From Isurus oxyrinchus (lineage: Eukaryota): a DNA stretch of 64,000 bases. The notes under the pieces were generated by a model, which was not told the DNA's origin, did not search any database, and saw only the letters and a program-made list of their open reading frames with translations. The position numbers were made by a program, and so were the translations under genes. Positions 1 through 13,553 of this stretch are shown here, piece by piece (within the stretch, counting starts at the first letter, position 1; the number at the start of each line of letters is the position of its first letter). The DNA lies in the NCBI GenBank assembly GCA_026770705.1, contig JANJGN010000005.1:184016001-184080000 (forward strand). Reading direction: 5' to 3'.

Positions 1-49
1 CATTATCTCCTTTTTATTGTAATCTGTCCCAGTTTATAAAGCCCAAAAT

Positions 50-495
50 GCTATTGGCTTTTTACATGGTTTTTATCTGTCTGGTCAGTAATGAAACATG
101 AATGCGAAGCTTGGAGGGTTGGGAAAGAGGGAGAAAAGAAAATCAACAGCTTCGAAATATGGTGCTTAAGAAGCATCCTAAGGTAAGCTGGGTGAAGAAA
201 AGAACTAAAGAAGAAGTAATACTGGAATAAGGCTATCAAGAGAACTGAAATAATATCAAAAGATGACAAATGGAGTTCTTTGGGCATATTAACCGTGCAG
301 AAGGATTTGAGCCTAATCACCACTGGAAGGGTTAATGGAAGAAGAGCATGAGGTCGACAGCAAAGGAAGCAGCTCAACAACATTAAAGTCTGCTTTAACC
401 AGAACTCCAACAACCAGGGCATCCACTGATACAATGATCAGAAGGTTTAGAAGACCATGGTTGACAATGCCACTTGGCATGGCACGCAGACAACG
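50..495 (+). mobile_element. RTE-clade LINE 3' fragment (decayed RT C-terminus)
   Basis: Plus frame from 91 reads MKHECEAWRVGKEGEKKINSFEIWCLRSILR*, resembling the RTE motif YGCESW...IDAFELWCWRRLLR; later ITTGRVNGRR; stops and frameshifts present. Confidence 0.75.
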
Positions 496-499
496 ATGA

Positions 500-655
500 T
501 CTGTGTTCACTGGCACTTTCAGGGAATTATGTATTTGAATCTCGAGGGCTCTCTGTCCTTTCACATCTTTCAAAGTATGTTCATTGAATTTACATTCCCA
601 CGATAGCTTTTTTCTCCCAAATATATGACCATAACATTTATCAACATTCAAAATT
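500..655 (-). mobile_element. CR1 LINE fragment
   Basis: Minus-strand translation LNVDKC..HIFGRK...VKGQRALEIQIHNSLKV resembles the CR1 RT C-terminal FNVDKC/HFGRKN/ERDLGVQIHNSLK region. Confidence 0.6.
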
Positions 656-659
656 AACT

Positions 660-1140
660 TAGGAAGAATATATTGGCCTTGGAGGTTATGCAGCGTAGAT
701 TTACCAGAATGATACATGGGCTCCAAGGTTCAAACTACAAAAATTTTTTTACACAAACTGGGGTTGCATTCCCTGGCATTTAGATGGCTAAGGGGCGATT
801 TGATTAAAGTTTTCAAGCTATTAAAGATAGAGAGAGAGCAACAATTTCCATTAGTTGGGGAGTCTAGGACTAGGGCACATAACTAAAAAGTAGAACCAGA
901 TACTTCAGGAGCGAAACTACTTCCACAAACACTTCCATAGGCAAAGGGTAGTTGAGGTTTGGAATTCTCTTCCACAAGCATTAATGTTGGGTCGATTGTT
1001 AATTTCAAATCTGAAACTGATAGATTTCTGCTAAGTAAAAGGGTATTGACAGATACAGGACTAAGGTGGGCATATGGAGTCAGGTCGCAGATCAGCAATG
1101 ATGTGGCTTGAGGAGCTAAATCTGCCGCCTGTGTGCCCTC
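660..1140 (+). mobile_element. CR1 LINE 3' end
   Basis: aggaagaatatattggccttggagg...gatttaccagaatgata (RKDILALE..QRRFTRMIP-like), followed by a CR1-type 3' UTR (agatcagcaatga...gaggagctaaat). Confidence 0.8.
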
Positions 1141-4100
1141 CACTTACCAGACTGCTTTCCTGGAGTCCATAGCCTTAAATGTTATTTCTATTCTGGTGGT
1201 TGTGCTTATATAGATTCACTAATTAAGTGTTAATTGAAATTATGTTTTTAGAAATAATTCTGCTCATTTTTACTTTCAATTGTACAATAAGCCACAGTGG
1301 GGAGAAAGAATAATTTGTGACAGGCTTCAGTGATTCCTCCTTTCAGCTTCCTTGCACAACCAGAAATAGTTTTTCTTTAAATTACTCATGATCATAATTT
1401 TAACTACATTGCCCTTTCATACAGACTGAGCAACTTGTTTTTGTCCAACTGATTTAAGGTGCTGTTGATCATAGTTAATTTTAAAATTTCCAGCAGCCCA
1501 CACTGTAGCTATTTTTCCTGTTCATTTTTGAATGCATCACAGTCAATAAAACCCGTGAGGGAGGGAAAGCATCACAACTGGATTTCTCTTACTCCTTTCT
1601 AGCCGTTCTCGTCAGACCTTACGGCACTGTAAAATGGGAAATAAACACAAATGTTTCCCTTAATTATAGAAACAATCAAAATTGCACCTAAACATTTGTG
1701 AAGAATTCGAACATTCCTAAGGCTTGCCTTTCTCTTCCCCCTGAGAACTAAGATTCTATAGACGACAGCAAACTGATTTATCAGCTGCACTCAACGTAAC
1801 ACAACTGAGGCAAATATCTTACAATTTCCACAGCTTCTGCTAATACGTGGTTTATGCTTGAATTATCGAGAAAAATGGGTTTTGGGATTAAAAAGAAGAA
1901 AAATTAAGCCAGGGAAGCAGAGCACGTTTCAAAGACCAGATCTCTTTGGGTTCACAATGGCAGTCTAAGTTTCAGGCCTCACTGCGGATCAGATGAAGTC
2001 ATTATTCATTCAGTCAAGGAAAAAAGACTCAATTACCTCAACCTAAAGATGCTATCAATGAATGCAAAGTGCATATTTTGCTCTATTCATCTAAATCCCA
2101 TTAAAAGTGAAAGGAATGATTTAATCTGGCCGTCTAAAGTTGGTCTTTTTTTGTAATAAAATAAAGAATCACTGTCTCACAATATGCATAACTACTGACT
2201 GAGACTGTTCCCCCTGCATCATAAACAGCGGAAAAAACTGTGAAACTCTATACAGAAAATTCAGCAAAGAATACTACTGTTCCCTTGGAAAAAGTCACGG
2301 CTCCAATGAACTGCCACCTCATAAATATGGTAAGTTCTGCTCTATTACAACAAAGAAAAACAATTCTTGGTCAATAAGTGTTGCATAACATTTTCCTTTT
2401 CCCACACAGTGTAACCATCACTTTCAATCTACACGCTACGAAAACATCTGATTTGTAATTGGTTCATCAAAAGCAAGAAAGAATTGAACACAAAAAGTAA
2501 ATGGAGGCTTCCATGACAAGCCATACTCATGTCAGCACTTAATTAATAGGCAACAATGATAATCTGACAAAAATACAGTAAAACACCATATTAAATAAAA
2601 TAAAAACAAAACTGCCTGTAAACAAAACGTACTGTATACACAATAATCCATGTTAATGTAGCACTAATTACATTTGTACAACACTGGCTACCATTTCCTG
2701 AAACCCTGGCTGTAATCAGATACACTGTAGTGCATGGGAAAACGCAAAGTTAAAAGGACACTAGGTTTATTGCACTACATTAACTTTTTGCTTAGAGTTT
2801 CAGCTTGACATTTTACATTTGGGCAGACCAATTAATGAAACACTGATAGCAATACTTATTGCCCAGAGACTGGACACTTTTTTATTTTGTGTCTCAACAT
2901 TAAATTTTAATGCCAGAAGTAAATTCAATTTCGTAATCTTATCTAAAACCAGTATCATAATTAATTCTGAGCAATAAATGTTGCAAACTTGAACACAAAC
3001 TTTGTGCAACTCTAGTACTTTAGGTTCTGGTATATCTGTATCTATTTTCCCTAAAATTGTAAATCATACCATCAATTTGCATAAAATTGAAGCAACATAT
3101 TATGCATATATGCTACTATTGCACCTGTCACTCCACAAATTCTATTGTTCAAGGGTTCTCAGCCAAGCATCTTTCTCTAGCTAGTGACACAAAAAGGTGA
3201 TGCCTTTTTTATATTAAAAAAAGGAGAAAAAAGCTCAAATTCACAGATGAGGTGGGGGAAAGAGATATTAAGTTAGGCTAGACAAAAACTTTACACTTTT
3301 GGAACTGGGTTCAACTGAAGCAAACCAAAGACAGATAGGATGAAAGTCTATTCCTTAATGGCAATAAATTAAGTTTGAGCAGTTTCAATCTCATTACAAG
3401 CCCACAACACAAAGTCATTTTCTTATAGTCTAAAAATGGGTCCATTCCAATGTTACCATTCTTCACTTTGATGACTAAATTTGCAGTTATCTGTTTATTA
3501 AACCTCTAAATGGGATTAGCTGGAATGTCAGTTTTACATTCCCCCCATCCAAACATTTGCTCTCTTTTGATGTAAATCGGTTAGGGTCTAAAACCAGCTT
3601 TGCTCCCAAACAATCAACTTCCCCAACGGACAAGTTAGGTTAAAATTGGCTCCTTTATCTTGAGTAGTACAGTGGGTCTGGTGCACACATCTCTTTCAGT
3701 ATCTCCTAGAAGTAAAATGGTGAGGGTGATAAATTTCTACATCAGCTAGTGTACCATCTTGAAGCACTCAGGATGAGGCTTCATAATAAATTGAATTTTG
3801 CACGCTCCAAAATGAGAATGCACATCACTACATTATACTGTATAATCAGGTTCTGAACAAAAGTAATAATCCCACACACACCCTCAAGCTAGCAATGGTC
3901 TTCCACAATATATCCTTTCCTTATCGATTACTATGGTGTGAATTGCGGTTTCTCATTTTATTGAAATCTATACATGCCTTCAAATCAATGTTACCAGATT
4001 AAATGAACAATTACATTGTTAGCTGGTCAAGGATGAGGACTAAACAAAAGACAAAAACCTACTTGATGCATCTATCATGTATTACAGTCCTACTATATTA

Positions 4101-7028
4101 ACCCTCGGAGATTACATGAAACACAAGATGCTATTGTACCCCTCAGTAAAGAGCCTAGTGACACCTTCAGAAAACCCCCCAAAATAATGCATGCAAACCT
4201 GAAATGCCTGAATCACTTATTCTGCTAATTTTCTACTGCCTGGAAAATTATAAATTCCAAGATGTATTTACTAAACCACCCAGTAGCATAGAGCCATGGC
4301 AAATCATATGAAAATGCAAGCTCTCTAATTCCAAGGTCTATGTTAGTCACAGGTGCAGCCACCTTAAAGCTGAAGTTTTGATTTTCTTCATGTAGCTTTA
4401 AACAAAAATACCATGACAATACACGCACACCTCTACTTCTTGCATATCTTAATAGTGAAGTCAAACACTGCTCTGGCTTCAAAAAGAAAACAGTACGCTT
4501 CAGTTTGTGTTTCACCGTGGTTGCCTGCAACATTTACCACAAAGTTTCTGAGCGACAGTCTGGCTAATTGTAATTGAAGATTGGTAATTCTGAACTGGAA
4601 GAGAGAGTCATAACAACCTGACATTTGTAGCTGACCCCATAAAACTTTTCTTTATGCATTTATAACTGGTTTAAAATTGTAGGCCAATCATAAAAATTAC
4701 ATATCACAGTATCTTAAGTATTGCGTTCACACTGTGCACTTCCTCTCATAGCTGCAAAAATTCACTCATAGTTTAGAAGGTAAAGTGAATTTTTAAAAAT
4801 TCCTAACATTTCTTTTAATAATCTATCCCATATTGTAAACTAATAATAGTTTCTTGTTTATTTCCTACTATTAGTCCTTTTGTCAACTAATTTAAGACAA
4901 CGCTTTAAAAAGGTCAATTTATTATTATGCATTCATTGACTTAAAAACTAGTTTAATTTCAACGTTGTGGTGTTATTTTGGTATACATTACTCTTGCTCC
5001 TATGAAACATTTGATGATTGATTTCATACTTAATGGCTTGTAAGAAATCTTAACATTTGGACTTATGGGAAAAGTTGCACAGATTGACAGATAAAGTAAA
5101 AAGGTCTGTATTAATTTCCAAATAAAGAAATGCATGGAGTGGTATTTCACTATGATTATACTCCAAAGTACCAATTACTACACATCAGAAACTATAGCGG
5201 GTGACACTCTACAATAAAGGAAATAATTTCCAGTTGGAGAGACAGAAACTGCTAATATGCAGGGTTCGAGTCTACAAGAATCTCTGCAAAAGGAAGTAGC
5301 TAATAAGGTTTAATGATGCATGTCAGGAAGCCACAATATGTAGGGAAACACAGCTGGCTTCATTTTGTAAACTCTTCTGTATACACATCTTTCCAGTTCT
5401 CAATTGTCAGCTGTGCAAGTGCCACTGGGGACAATTTAAATCATAAATCAGGATAGTCCTCAGTTTCTTGAAATTAGGGCCAAAACACATTAATACAATG
5501 CATATATGACCTTAAAACTGCTGCCTTGCTGAAATTTATCAGGCATACATAATTGAGCAATTCATATGCTTGTGTAAAAAAATAACTTTTAAGGAAAATT
5601 ACATTCCTTAACTTGCTTCCTGAGAACAATGTCCAAAACCCTGTGTTCCAGACGAAACCAAGAACTGATATCAACATTGCTTCTGTGGCAGAGATTTTAA
5701 ATTTTAAACTTGTGTCTTAACCTTCTTTAAAAGAAAACCAGTACATGTAAGCAAGCTGATAAATTACTCATTTCAGTAACAAACACAATATCAAAGTATT
5801 GTGGTGAACGCAATGTGCAGGTGACAGTAATTAGCTGCAGATGACAGAAGTACTCTGAATTCATACCAGATGGCGGTTAAGGGTCAGTGGAAAGTAGCAA
5901 ACCCACCACAAGGAAACTGTTGTAATGTACAATAACTATCAAACTTCCAAGCACTCAAAAACAAATTAGTTATTCTACCACAGGAAGAAAACAACATGGC
6001 TATAACATTAAACTGCAATAAACTGGCACAACTGCAGTCACTCCATTCAAATCAGTTTAAATAATTTAACGAGTATAGATTGAAATACAAAAATTCTGTA
6101 GGAAACTAAACTGCTGCTGTAAATATAACAGATAATTAGATGACAAGATTATATTAATTCAAACCATGCAACTGCAATATTTAAAAGGTTCCCTATATAA
6201 GTATAAGATTTTGTTGGGGGCTATTAACCTATATCATACTGAATAACCCACTTATAACCCAGATTGTTTTATTCATTTTTAAAAGGAAGAGGGCAATCAG
6301 CAGTTTCTTGATTTGAGTGAAATATTCCACCCACTGTTATTTATAAAAGGGTGAGAACATTCAAAAAACATGGTGTAAAAACTGTCAGCTGATGCAACTA
6401 AAAATAGGATTGAAAAGGTTAAATTGCAATTAAAACTTAAAAAAAATTTATTAAAGATGCAATATGAAGTGTAGAAATTCACCAAGTCTGCACACCAGCT
6501 GCAAACAAGCAACAGTTTTCTTCATTATGAGCAATTTGGTCCTAATCTCCAAAGCTATTTGCGCATATTTCTTTTAAGTTTAATGTGTAACGGTGGTCAA
6601 GATTCAATACTATGTGCATTTTTCTATAAATGAGTTCAGCTTCACATAGAAGATGCAATCAAATAAAGCGTTACAGAAAAAGGTGTTCTAGCATTATGTC
6701 AAATGTTAATTGGAAACATAAATCCTTTTATGGGCTCTGCCAATGGCTGATAGGTCAAATGCATTATCTAGTGCAATACCAAAATATGCAGATTAGGAAG
6801 CTATCTCGTCAGATCATTAGCCCGTAATTAACCAATAGAAAAGGCACTGGTTAGAGGTCTACAAGTGACCTTGGCAGCCTTGAAATGACATTAGAGTCAT
6901 GAGCTAGAAGAATCAAAATCGGCCACATTTACCCCTTGATAACTGTCCGCTGACTGCTGCTCGTGTAAATTTCAAAGTGTGTGGTTATGTCACCCTGACA
7001 GTCACAGATCCTACCAGCACTCATTCCT

Positions 7029-7154
7029 GGGCCGGGAGTTTCTGACCCTGCCAAGGTGGGTTTCCCCATGGTGGATGAGGCAAGCCATGCAAATCTATGA
7101 ATTTGGCAGGACCAGAAGATCCGGTGGGTGGGAGGGGCCAGAAAATCCCACCCC
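7029..7154. mobile_element. Small GC-rich MITE (possibly PIF/Harbinger-type)
   Basis: Left end gggccgggagtttctgaccctgcc versus reverse complement of right end gggtgggattttctggcccctccc; followed by taa. Confidence 0.55.
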
Positions 7155-7443
7155 TAAACTCATCATGATCGGCAAACCATATTAGAACCATATCCAAGCA
7201 CAAATTAACAGCTTAAGTGGAGATGACAATAAATGGAGAGTGTGGAAATTTGCTCAGCAGGTGGAGAGAACTGTCGTCGTTGTATTTTTAATCGGTATAC
7301 TAGAGAAGCTGAGGGATAAAATTGTATGCTAAAGTTTTTTGTGCAAAACATCACTATTTTGGCTCAGGCATTCGCATCTAAAGTGGCCTTTTAGTGAAAT
7401 CAACAGAATCATTTTCCTGGACAATGATGATTAAATGAGAAAA

Positions 7444-8380
7444 TAATTTTGAAAAATTAGTCTGCGATGCTGGCAGAATTCAGTTGGCTTTTTTCTCAAG
7501 GCTGATATTCAGCAATATTGCTGCACTGAAATGCAAGATGAATAATCATTGCCAGATGATATTTACTCAAGTATTGCAAATTGAATTATTCTATACAGAG
7601 GTTAAATATGGAACTAGTTCTTGAAACCTGAATTGCAAGTATAAAGGAAGTAGATATTGAAGTTCTAGACAGTCCACGACTTCTCCAAGCTTAAAATTGT
7701 GCTTCAAATCTCCAACTGCACTAGCTGATTTTTTGCCTTTTTTAAAAATAATCTGATCTTGTAATCTCACTATTTCTATTTTTCCCAAGACTACTGTCAT
7801 CAGTGTAAATGGAGACCAAAGAAACAAGTTTATTACATTCCTGATAATCTGTTTAAGAAGCAATGTACTAGAATTTACATCAGTTTTAGTCTCCATATTT
7901 AAGAAAGGACATACTTGCATTAGAGGTGGTACAGCGAAGGTTCACTAGGTTTGTTCCTGGGATGAGAGGGTTGTCCAATGATGAGAGCTGAGCAAATTGG
8001 GCCTATGCTCTCCAGAGTTTAGAAGGATGTGTGGTCATCTCACTGAAACCTACAAGATTCTGAAGGGGTTTGACAAGGTAGACACAGAAGTTATTTCCCT
8101 GGCTGGGGAATCTAAAACACCGGGGGGAACAATCTCAGGATCGGGGGCCATCTTTTAGGTTTGAGATGAGGAGAAACTTCTTCACACAAAGGATTGTGAA
8201 ACTTTGGAATTCTCTACTCCAGAGGGTTGTGAATGTTCCATTGTTGAATATATTGAGTAAATATCATCTGACAATGATTATTCATTTTGCATTTCAGTGG
8301 CAGCAATGCTGCTGAATATTCATCTTAAGAAAAAAGCCAACTGAATTCTGCTAACATCGTAGACTAATTTTTCAAAATTA
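7444..8380. repeat. Local inverted duplication; arms 7444-7570 and 8253-8380
   Basis: taattttgaaaaattagtctgcgatg...gatgatatttactcaa is the diverged reverse complement of ttgagtaaatatcatc...agactaatttttcaaaatta. Confidence 0.9.
7890..8252 (+). mobile_element. CR1 LINE ORF2 C-terminal fragment
   Basis: ctccatatttaagaaaggacatacttgcattagagg...aaggttcactagg...gagatgaggagaaacttcttcacaca. Confidence 0.85.
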
Positions 8381-8960
8381 AGGATGTTATGCTTGAGTTA
8401 TACAGGGGATTGGTGAGACCACATCTCAAATAGTGTGCGCAGTTTTGATCTACTTATTTAAGGAAGGATGTAAACGCATTAGAGGCGGTTCAGGGGAGGT
8501 TTACTAGATTGATAACTGGAATGAGTGGGCTGTCTTATGAGGAAAGGTTAGACAGACTGGGCTTGTTTCCACTGGAGTTTAGAAGAGTGAGGGGTAACTT
8601 GGTTGAAGTATATAAGTTCCTGAACGGTATTGAGAAGGCAGGTGTGGAAAGGATGTTTCCTCTTGTGAATGAGTCCAGAACTAGGGAGCACAGTTTTAAA
8701 ATTAGGGGTTGGCCTTTTAGCACAGAGATGAGAAGACTTTGGAACAATCTGCCTCAGAAGGTGATGCCGGCGGGGGTCAGTAAATATTTTCGAGGCAGAG
8801 GTAGACAGATTCTTTTTAGGCAAGGGAATCAAAGGTTATCGGAGGTAGATGGGAATGTGGAATTCGAAACACAAACTGGTCAGACATGGTCTTAATGAAT
8901 GGCAGAACAGTATCAAGGGGCTGAATGGCCTACTTCTGCTCTTATTTTGTAAGTTCGTAT
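8381..8960 (+). mobile_element. CR1 LINE 3' end
   Basis: ORF 8509..8895 (GLSYEERLDRLGLFPLEFRRVRGNLVEVYK) is typical CR1 ORF2 tail; 3' UTR ggctgaatggcctacttctgctc. Confidence 0.9.
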
Positions 8961-9109
8961 GAAAGACTTTTTCTCTCAGGGAATCATTGGATATGGGGAG
9001 AAATGGGGGCCCAAGACCTAATAATATCCCAGAAAATCAGCTTTAGTAAGATGAAATACTAAGGAAAATGTTTACATGTGCAAAATTATTGTAGTTGTAT
9101 GATGAATTC

Positions 9110-9580
9110 AACAAGAGACTTACCAGAATGGTTCCAGGGTTCAGGCTTTTAATTACAAGACTAAGTTGGAAAGCCTGGAGTTGTTCTCCTTGGAGCAAAG
9201 GAGATTGATAGGAGATTTGATAGGGGTGAGCAAAATTATGAGGGGCTTAGATAAGGTAGATATGGAAAAACTCTTCCCATTAGCTGATGATACAAGGATT
9301 AGAGCGCACAGATTTAAGATTTTGGCCAAGAGATGAAGGGGGGGGGAATGAGGAAGAACTGTTTTACGTAGTGAGCAATAATGACCTGGAACACTCTGCC
9401 CTCGAGGGTGGTGGATGCAGAAATAATCAATGATTTCAAAAGGAAATTGGATGGACACTTGAAGGAAATAAACTTGGAGGGTCATTGGGGCCAAGAGAAG
9501 TGTGGGACTTACTGGATTGCTCCATGGCGAGCAGGCATGGACATGATAGGCTGAATGGCCTCCTTCTGTGCCGTAAATCC
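9110..9580 (+). mobile_element. CR1 LINE 3' end
   Basis: ttgttctccttggagcaaaggagattgataggagatttgata...; 3' UTR ggctgaatggcctccttctgtgccgtaa. Confidence 0.85.
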
Positions 9581-11849
9581 TTTCATTATATATGGAAAGT
9601 ATAAGCTAGGACATTTTAACCTATTAAACCTTCTGCGAAAAATATTGCTTAAAACCTTTCCTTTCCCACAGTGAATGCACTATGAAGATGAATTATTTTA
9701 CAACTTATGCTACATCCTCACATAAATCCCTCAGTTCCCATAGGCATCATGCCTCCTGTAAGTGTAAGCTGTTATCCTGATAAGTTTGTGCACATTTGGA
9801 TATATTATTTTCCTCTTTCACATTAAGGATTTCCAGTATTCTCAAATGTGGTAAAATGAAATTATAGAAATACATAAGCTCAAACACTTAGCTCGTCATT
9901 TTTTAGTACATACCTAAAGACATTGTTACATCTGCAGATTTGCTACAAAAAACTTGGCTATTATAACCCTGGAAAGGCTGAACTCATCCACTACCATAAC
10001 AATTAATAAAACAAGTTATGCTCTTTGTAACATAGTGGTCATATTTTGATGAATGCACACATTGAAAGGTTCCTTTGAAGGATATTGTGATATCAATTTA
10101 GAATTGGAGCAGTGCTGTTCAATGAACTTGAGTGTAATTGCATAGCACTGCATGAAATACTGAACTCATTAACATTTTGAGCTCATATTTTGTATTAACA
10201 AAACATTTTATTTCGAGTTAGTCTTGTTGCTCCAGTTCCAGAATGGGAGGGGGGGGGGGCAAACAAAGAATTTAGGGATTAAGCTTTTATTTTGTTGCAT
10301 TACATACATGTATAGCACATTTGAATTACCCTACAATTTTTAAGAATGGCAACATCACTACTGTATTTAACAAAAAGGGGTAATATGCCAGAACAGTTAA
10401 GGTCACTGTTTATTTCAGTCTCCACACTGGAACTGATGCTAACCAAAATGGATGGCCTTATTCTTTCAAATGACAATTTATTCCTAAAGTTTTCCAAATT
10501 TCTTGAGGCTTTTTTTTTTTGTGTGTACATATGTATATCATCAATTTGTTCAAACAGGATCATACATAATATTACTAAGGTCAAGTGCTCCATCCACTGA
10601 GTTTGAATGAGTGGAGAGCCTGGTCCTTTTTCCTTTACGAAGCAACATTCCTGCTTCTTTTCAAATGCAACAGTAACAACTGACAGTAAGGCTCATCAAT
10701 TGCATGTATACCGACTACATTTGACATAAAACCAAAACGTTTTCCAGTTATGTGTGGACTAAAATCCAATATGTTGGACAGCAGCTTAATTCAAATCTTC
10801 AAAAGCATTCTGACACCTATGATTTGACACCTACTTACTGAATCAACTGAAAATCACGATTCTTCAAGTTTACTGAGGCATGCAATTAATTGAAATTTTG
10901 AATAATAATAAAACCATCTTTTTTGAGAAGGAATAATCTTGATTAAGGTAACGGTATACAAAAATCAAAGATCTTCACTGTCATTAGTCAAACCAGCCAT
11001 CACAAATTTCACTGAAACAATCTTGCTTTCAAAAGCAACATTCTTATTGCTGAATAAAGACATAACATTACATTTGGCAAATTTAAAAGATTCAATTTCC
11101 TGAGGTAACATACAATAAATTGACTAGATTTAACTGCAGGCACGTACAATAAAGTTGAAAATTGAGAATTTGCATCCTGGGGTAGATATGGAAGCCTTAA
11201 TCACTGGATACATCTGCTAGATACAGACAATAGTGGTATGTAAGACAAGGATCAGGTAGATTGCTTTCATACCAGTTTTATGTTAATATTTTTATATTAG
11301 TATTATTTACTGGATTAACTTTAGACACATGCTCCCATATCATTTCCAAATAACATGAAGCTGCTAACGAAATGCTACCCTCACCTAATGACAAACAAAC
11401 ATACTTATCCAGCAGAAAAAGTCAGAAAATATTGGGGCAGCAGAAATTCCCAATGTGGCCTATTAAGTCAGTAAAGCAAACACGCAGTCCTTGGTCAATG
11501 AAGACTCAAACAGTTGGAAGGGTGGGGGGTGGCGGAAGGCTGGCAGCCTTTGAAAAGCCTTTGCACCATTCCAGTTCACCATTTTTCTGCCATCAACATA
11601 TAGTAAAATGATACTTTGAGAGTTTCTAATATTGATTCCAAAGGGCCACAATAAAGAGAGGGAATGCAAACCACCGAGCAAAATAAAAGGTGATGGCAAA
11701 CAGCAGCCAAAAATGAGTAAAACTCAAAAAAAAAAAGGCTTGAAAGGGAAACAATCTTTTGGTATCTTGAGCCCATTTCTACCAATGAACAACACTAATA
11801 AGATATGAGAATGGAAATCAACCCTCAAAGCCACACACAAACTGCAACA

Positions 11850-13310
11850 GAGGGGAGAGATTTTTTTTCCTCTGTTGATGGGATGTTCATCAACCATCAT
11901 CAATATTAATCGTCTCTAGGTACCCAGTTGTGATGGTGACAGGTCTCCTCCTTGAATCACCGCAACTCTTGTATTGTTGTTGCTCCCACATTGGGAATTT
12001 AAGGATTTTGACACAGTGAAAAGGAAATAATGGTAATATTTCTTTAAGTCAGCATGGCACGAGGCTTGGAGTGGAATCTGGTGGTGGTATCATCTCATGA
12101 TCTTGTTGGTCTGGTCTTTCCTTGTGGTAGAGGTTGCATGGACTGGGAAGTGCTATTAAAGTAAGCTTGGCAGTTGAAGTTGTGGATCTCAAATACAGCA
12201 ACCACAGTGCAATAGTGATAGAGGGAGGGCATTTAGTCTCATGTTACAAGTGTCAATCAAGTAGGCTGCTGCTGTTTTGGATTGGTTGGATCTTTTTGAG
12301 TGTTGTTGAGGTTGCACTCTTCAAGGGCTGGGCAGGGGGAGCAACGAGTCCTGATTTAATCCTTCTAGATATGGGAGGGTTTTTTTCCCCACGACGTCAG
12401 GAACTAAGCTATTTGTTGCAGATCATCCAGCCTCGGCCCTCGACTTGTAGCCATATCGTTATATGGTTGATCCAGTTCAGCTTCAGTCCCATGATGCTGC
12501 TGATGGTCGAGGATTCAATGCAGGTCAAGGAGGTGTGTTCTGGCTTTCTCTTGTTCAAATGATCATTGTTTGGCACTTGTGACATGAATGTTTACTGTCA
12601 CATGTCAGCCTAAGCCTGGATACTGTTTAGGTTCTGATGTATTCTGGTCTGAACTGCGCCATGATTGTAGCTGAACATTCACTCATCACCAAATCACCCA
12701 ACTTCTAATCTTATAATGGCAGAAAGGTTATTGATGAAGCAGGTGAGGTTGGTTGTACAAAACAGACTTCCCTGAAGAACCTCTGAATCTATTAACCTCC
12801 AATGACTATCACAATCTACTCCTCTATATAACATATGACTCCAGTTACTGGAAGGTATATCACGGGGTCTCCATTGAACTCAATTTTGCCAGGGTTTTCT
12901 GGCTCTGTATTCAATTGTACAAGGCCTTCATTTCAATTACTTGTGTCTCTATTCTGTCATTTAACTCCTTCACCATGTTTGCATGCTGGAGTAGAGTGAT
13001 GCTGGCACAACCGAATTGCAGCATGAACAAGCAGATGATTTCTGACTAAATATTGCTTCTGACACTGTGGGTGACTATTTCCACAGCATTGATGATTTGG
13101 AGGAGGCTGAAAGGGTTGTAATGAGTGATTAGATTTGTCTCGCTTTTTGCTCAGTGAGCACGTGAGAAGTTTTCTACATTATTAGATAGATGCCAATGTC
13201 ATAACTTATTGGAATAACTTGGCTTGGGGTCACCTAGTTCTGATGCATAGGTCTTTAACACTACAGCTTCTATTGTATCCACTACATCCACCACACTCAA
13301 TCACTTAATG
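11850..13310 (-). mobile_element. Decayed LINE (CR1/L2 group), reverse orientation
   Basis: Shares sequence with 29145-29600 and with the plus-strand tail at 51940-52230 (tggttgatccagttcagcttc versus gaaactgaaatggaccagcca); no intact ORF. Confidence 0.65.
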
Positions 13311-13553
13311 TTTTGTGGAACTCCACAGCCTCGTCCCTCTCCATCTCTGCAACATACTCCATCCCTACAACACAGATGCCTGCACTTTTTCAATCCAGGG
13401 CTCTTATGCAACTCCTATTTTAATTGCTTTATTTAATTTCTGGCTGTGCTTTCAGTTGCCTAGGTTCTAAAAGTCTGAAATCCCCGTCCTAAATCTCTCT
13501 GCACCTTCTACCTCCCTTCTTCAAGGGCCTCCTTAAAAGCTAGCTCTGACCAA

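Noticed and set aside
1140-1185. Consensus minus-strand donor (tg|gtaagt) beside a CR1 end
   Set aside because: No ATP9B-like peptide or clear acceptor; chance donor matches are common in long introns.
5041-5110. Minus-strand TFPIS resembling the IIPIS end of the next ATP9B exon
   Set aside because: Upstream residues do not match the expected VGLLDLELN...LLLFSY sequence.
10245-10260. G/C homopolymer runs (also about 26100, 27070, 63865)
   Set aside because: Simple runs; G-quadruplex function cannot be supported from sequence alone.
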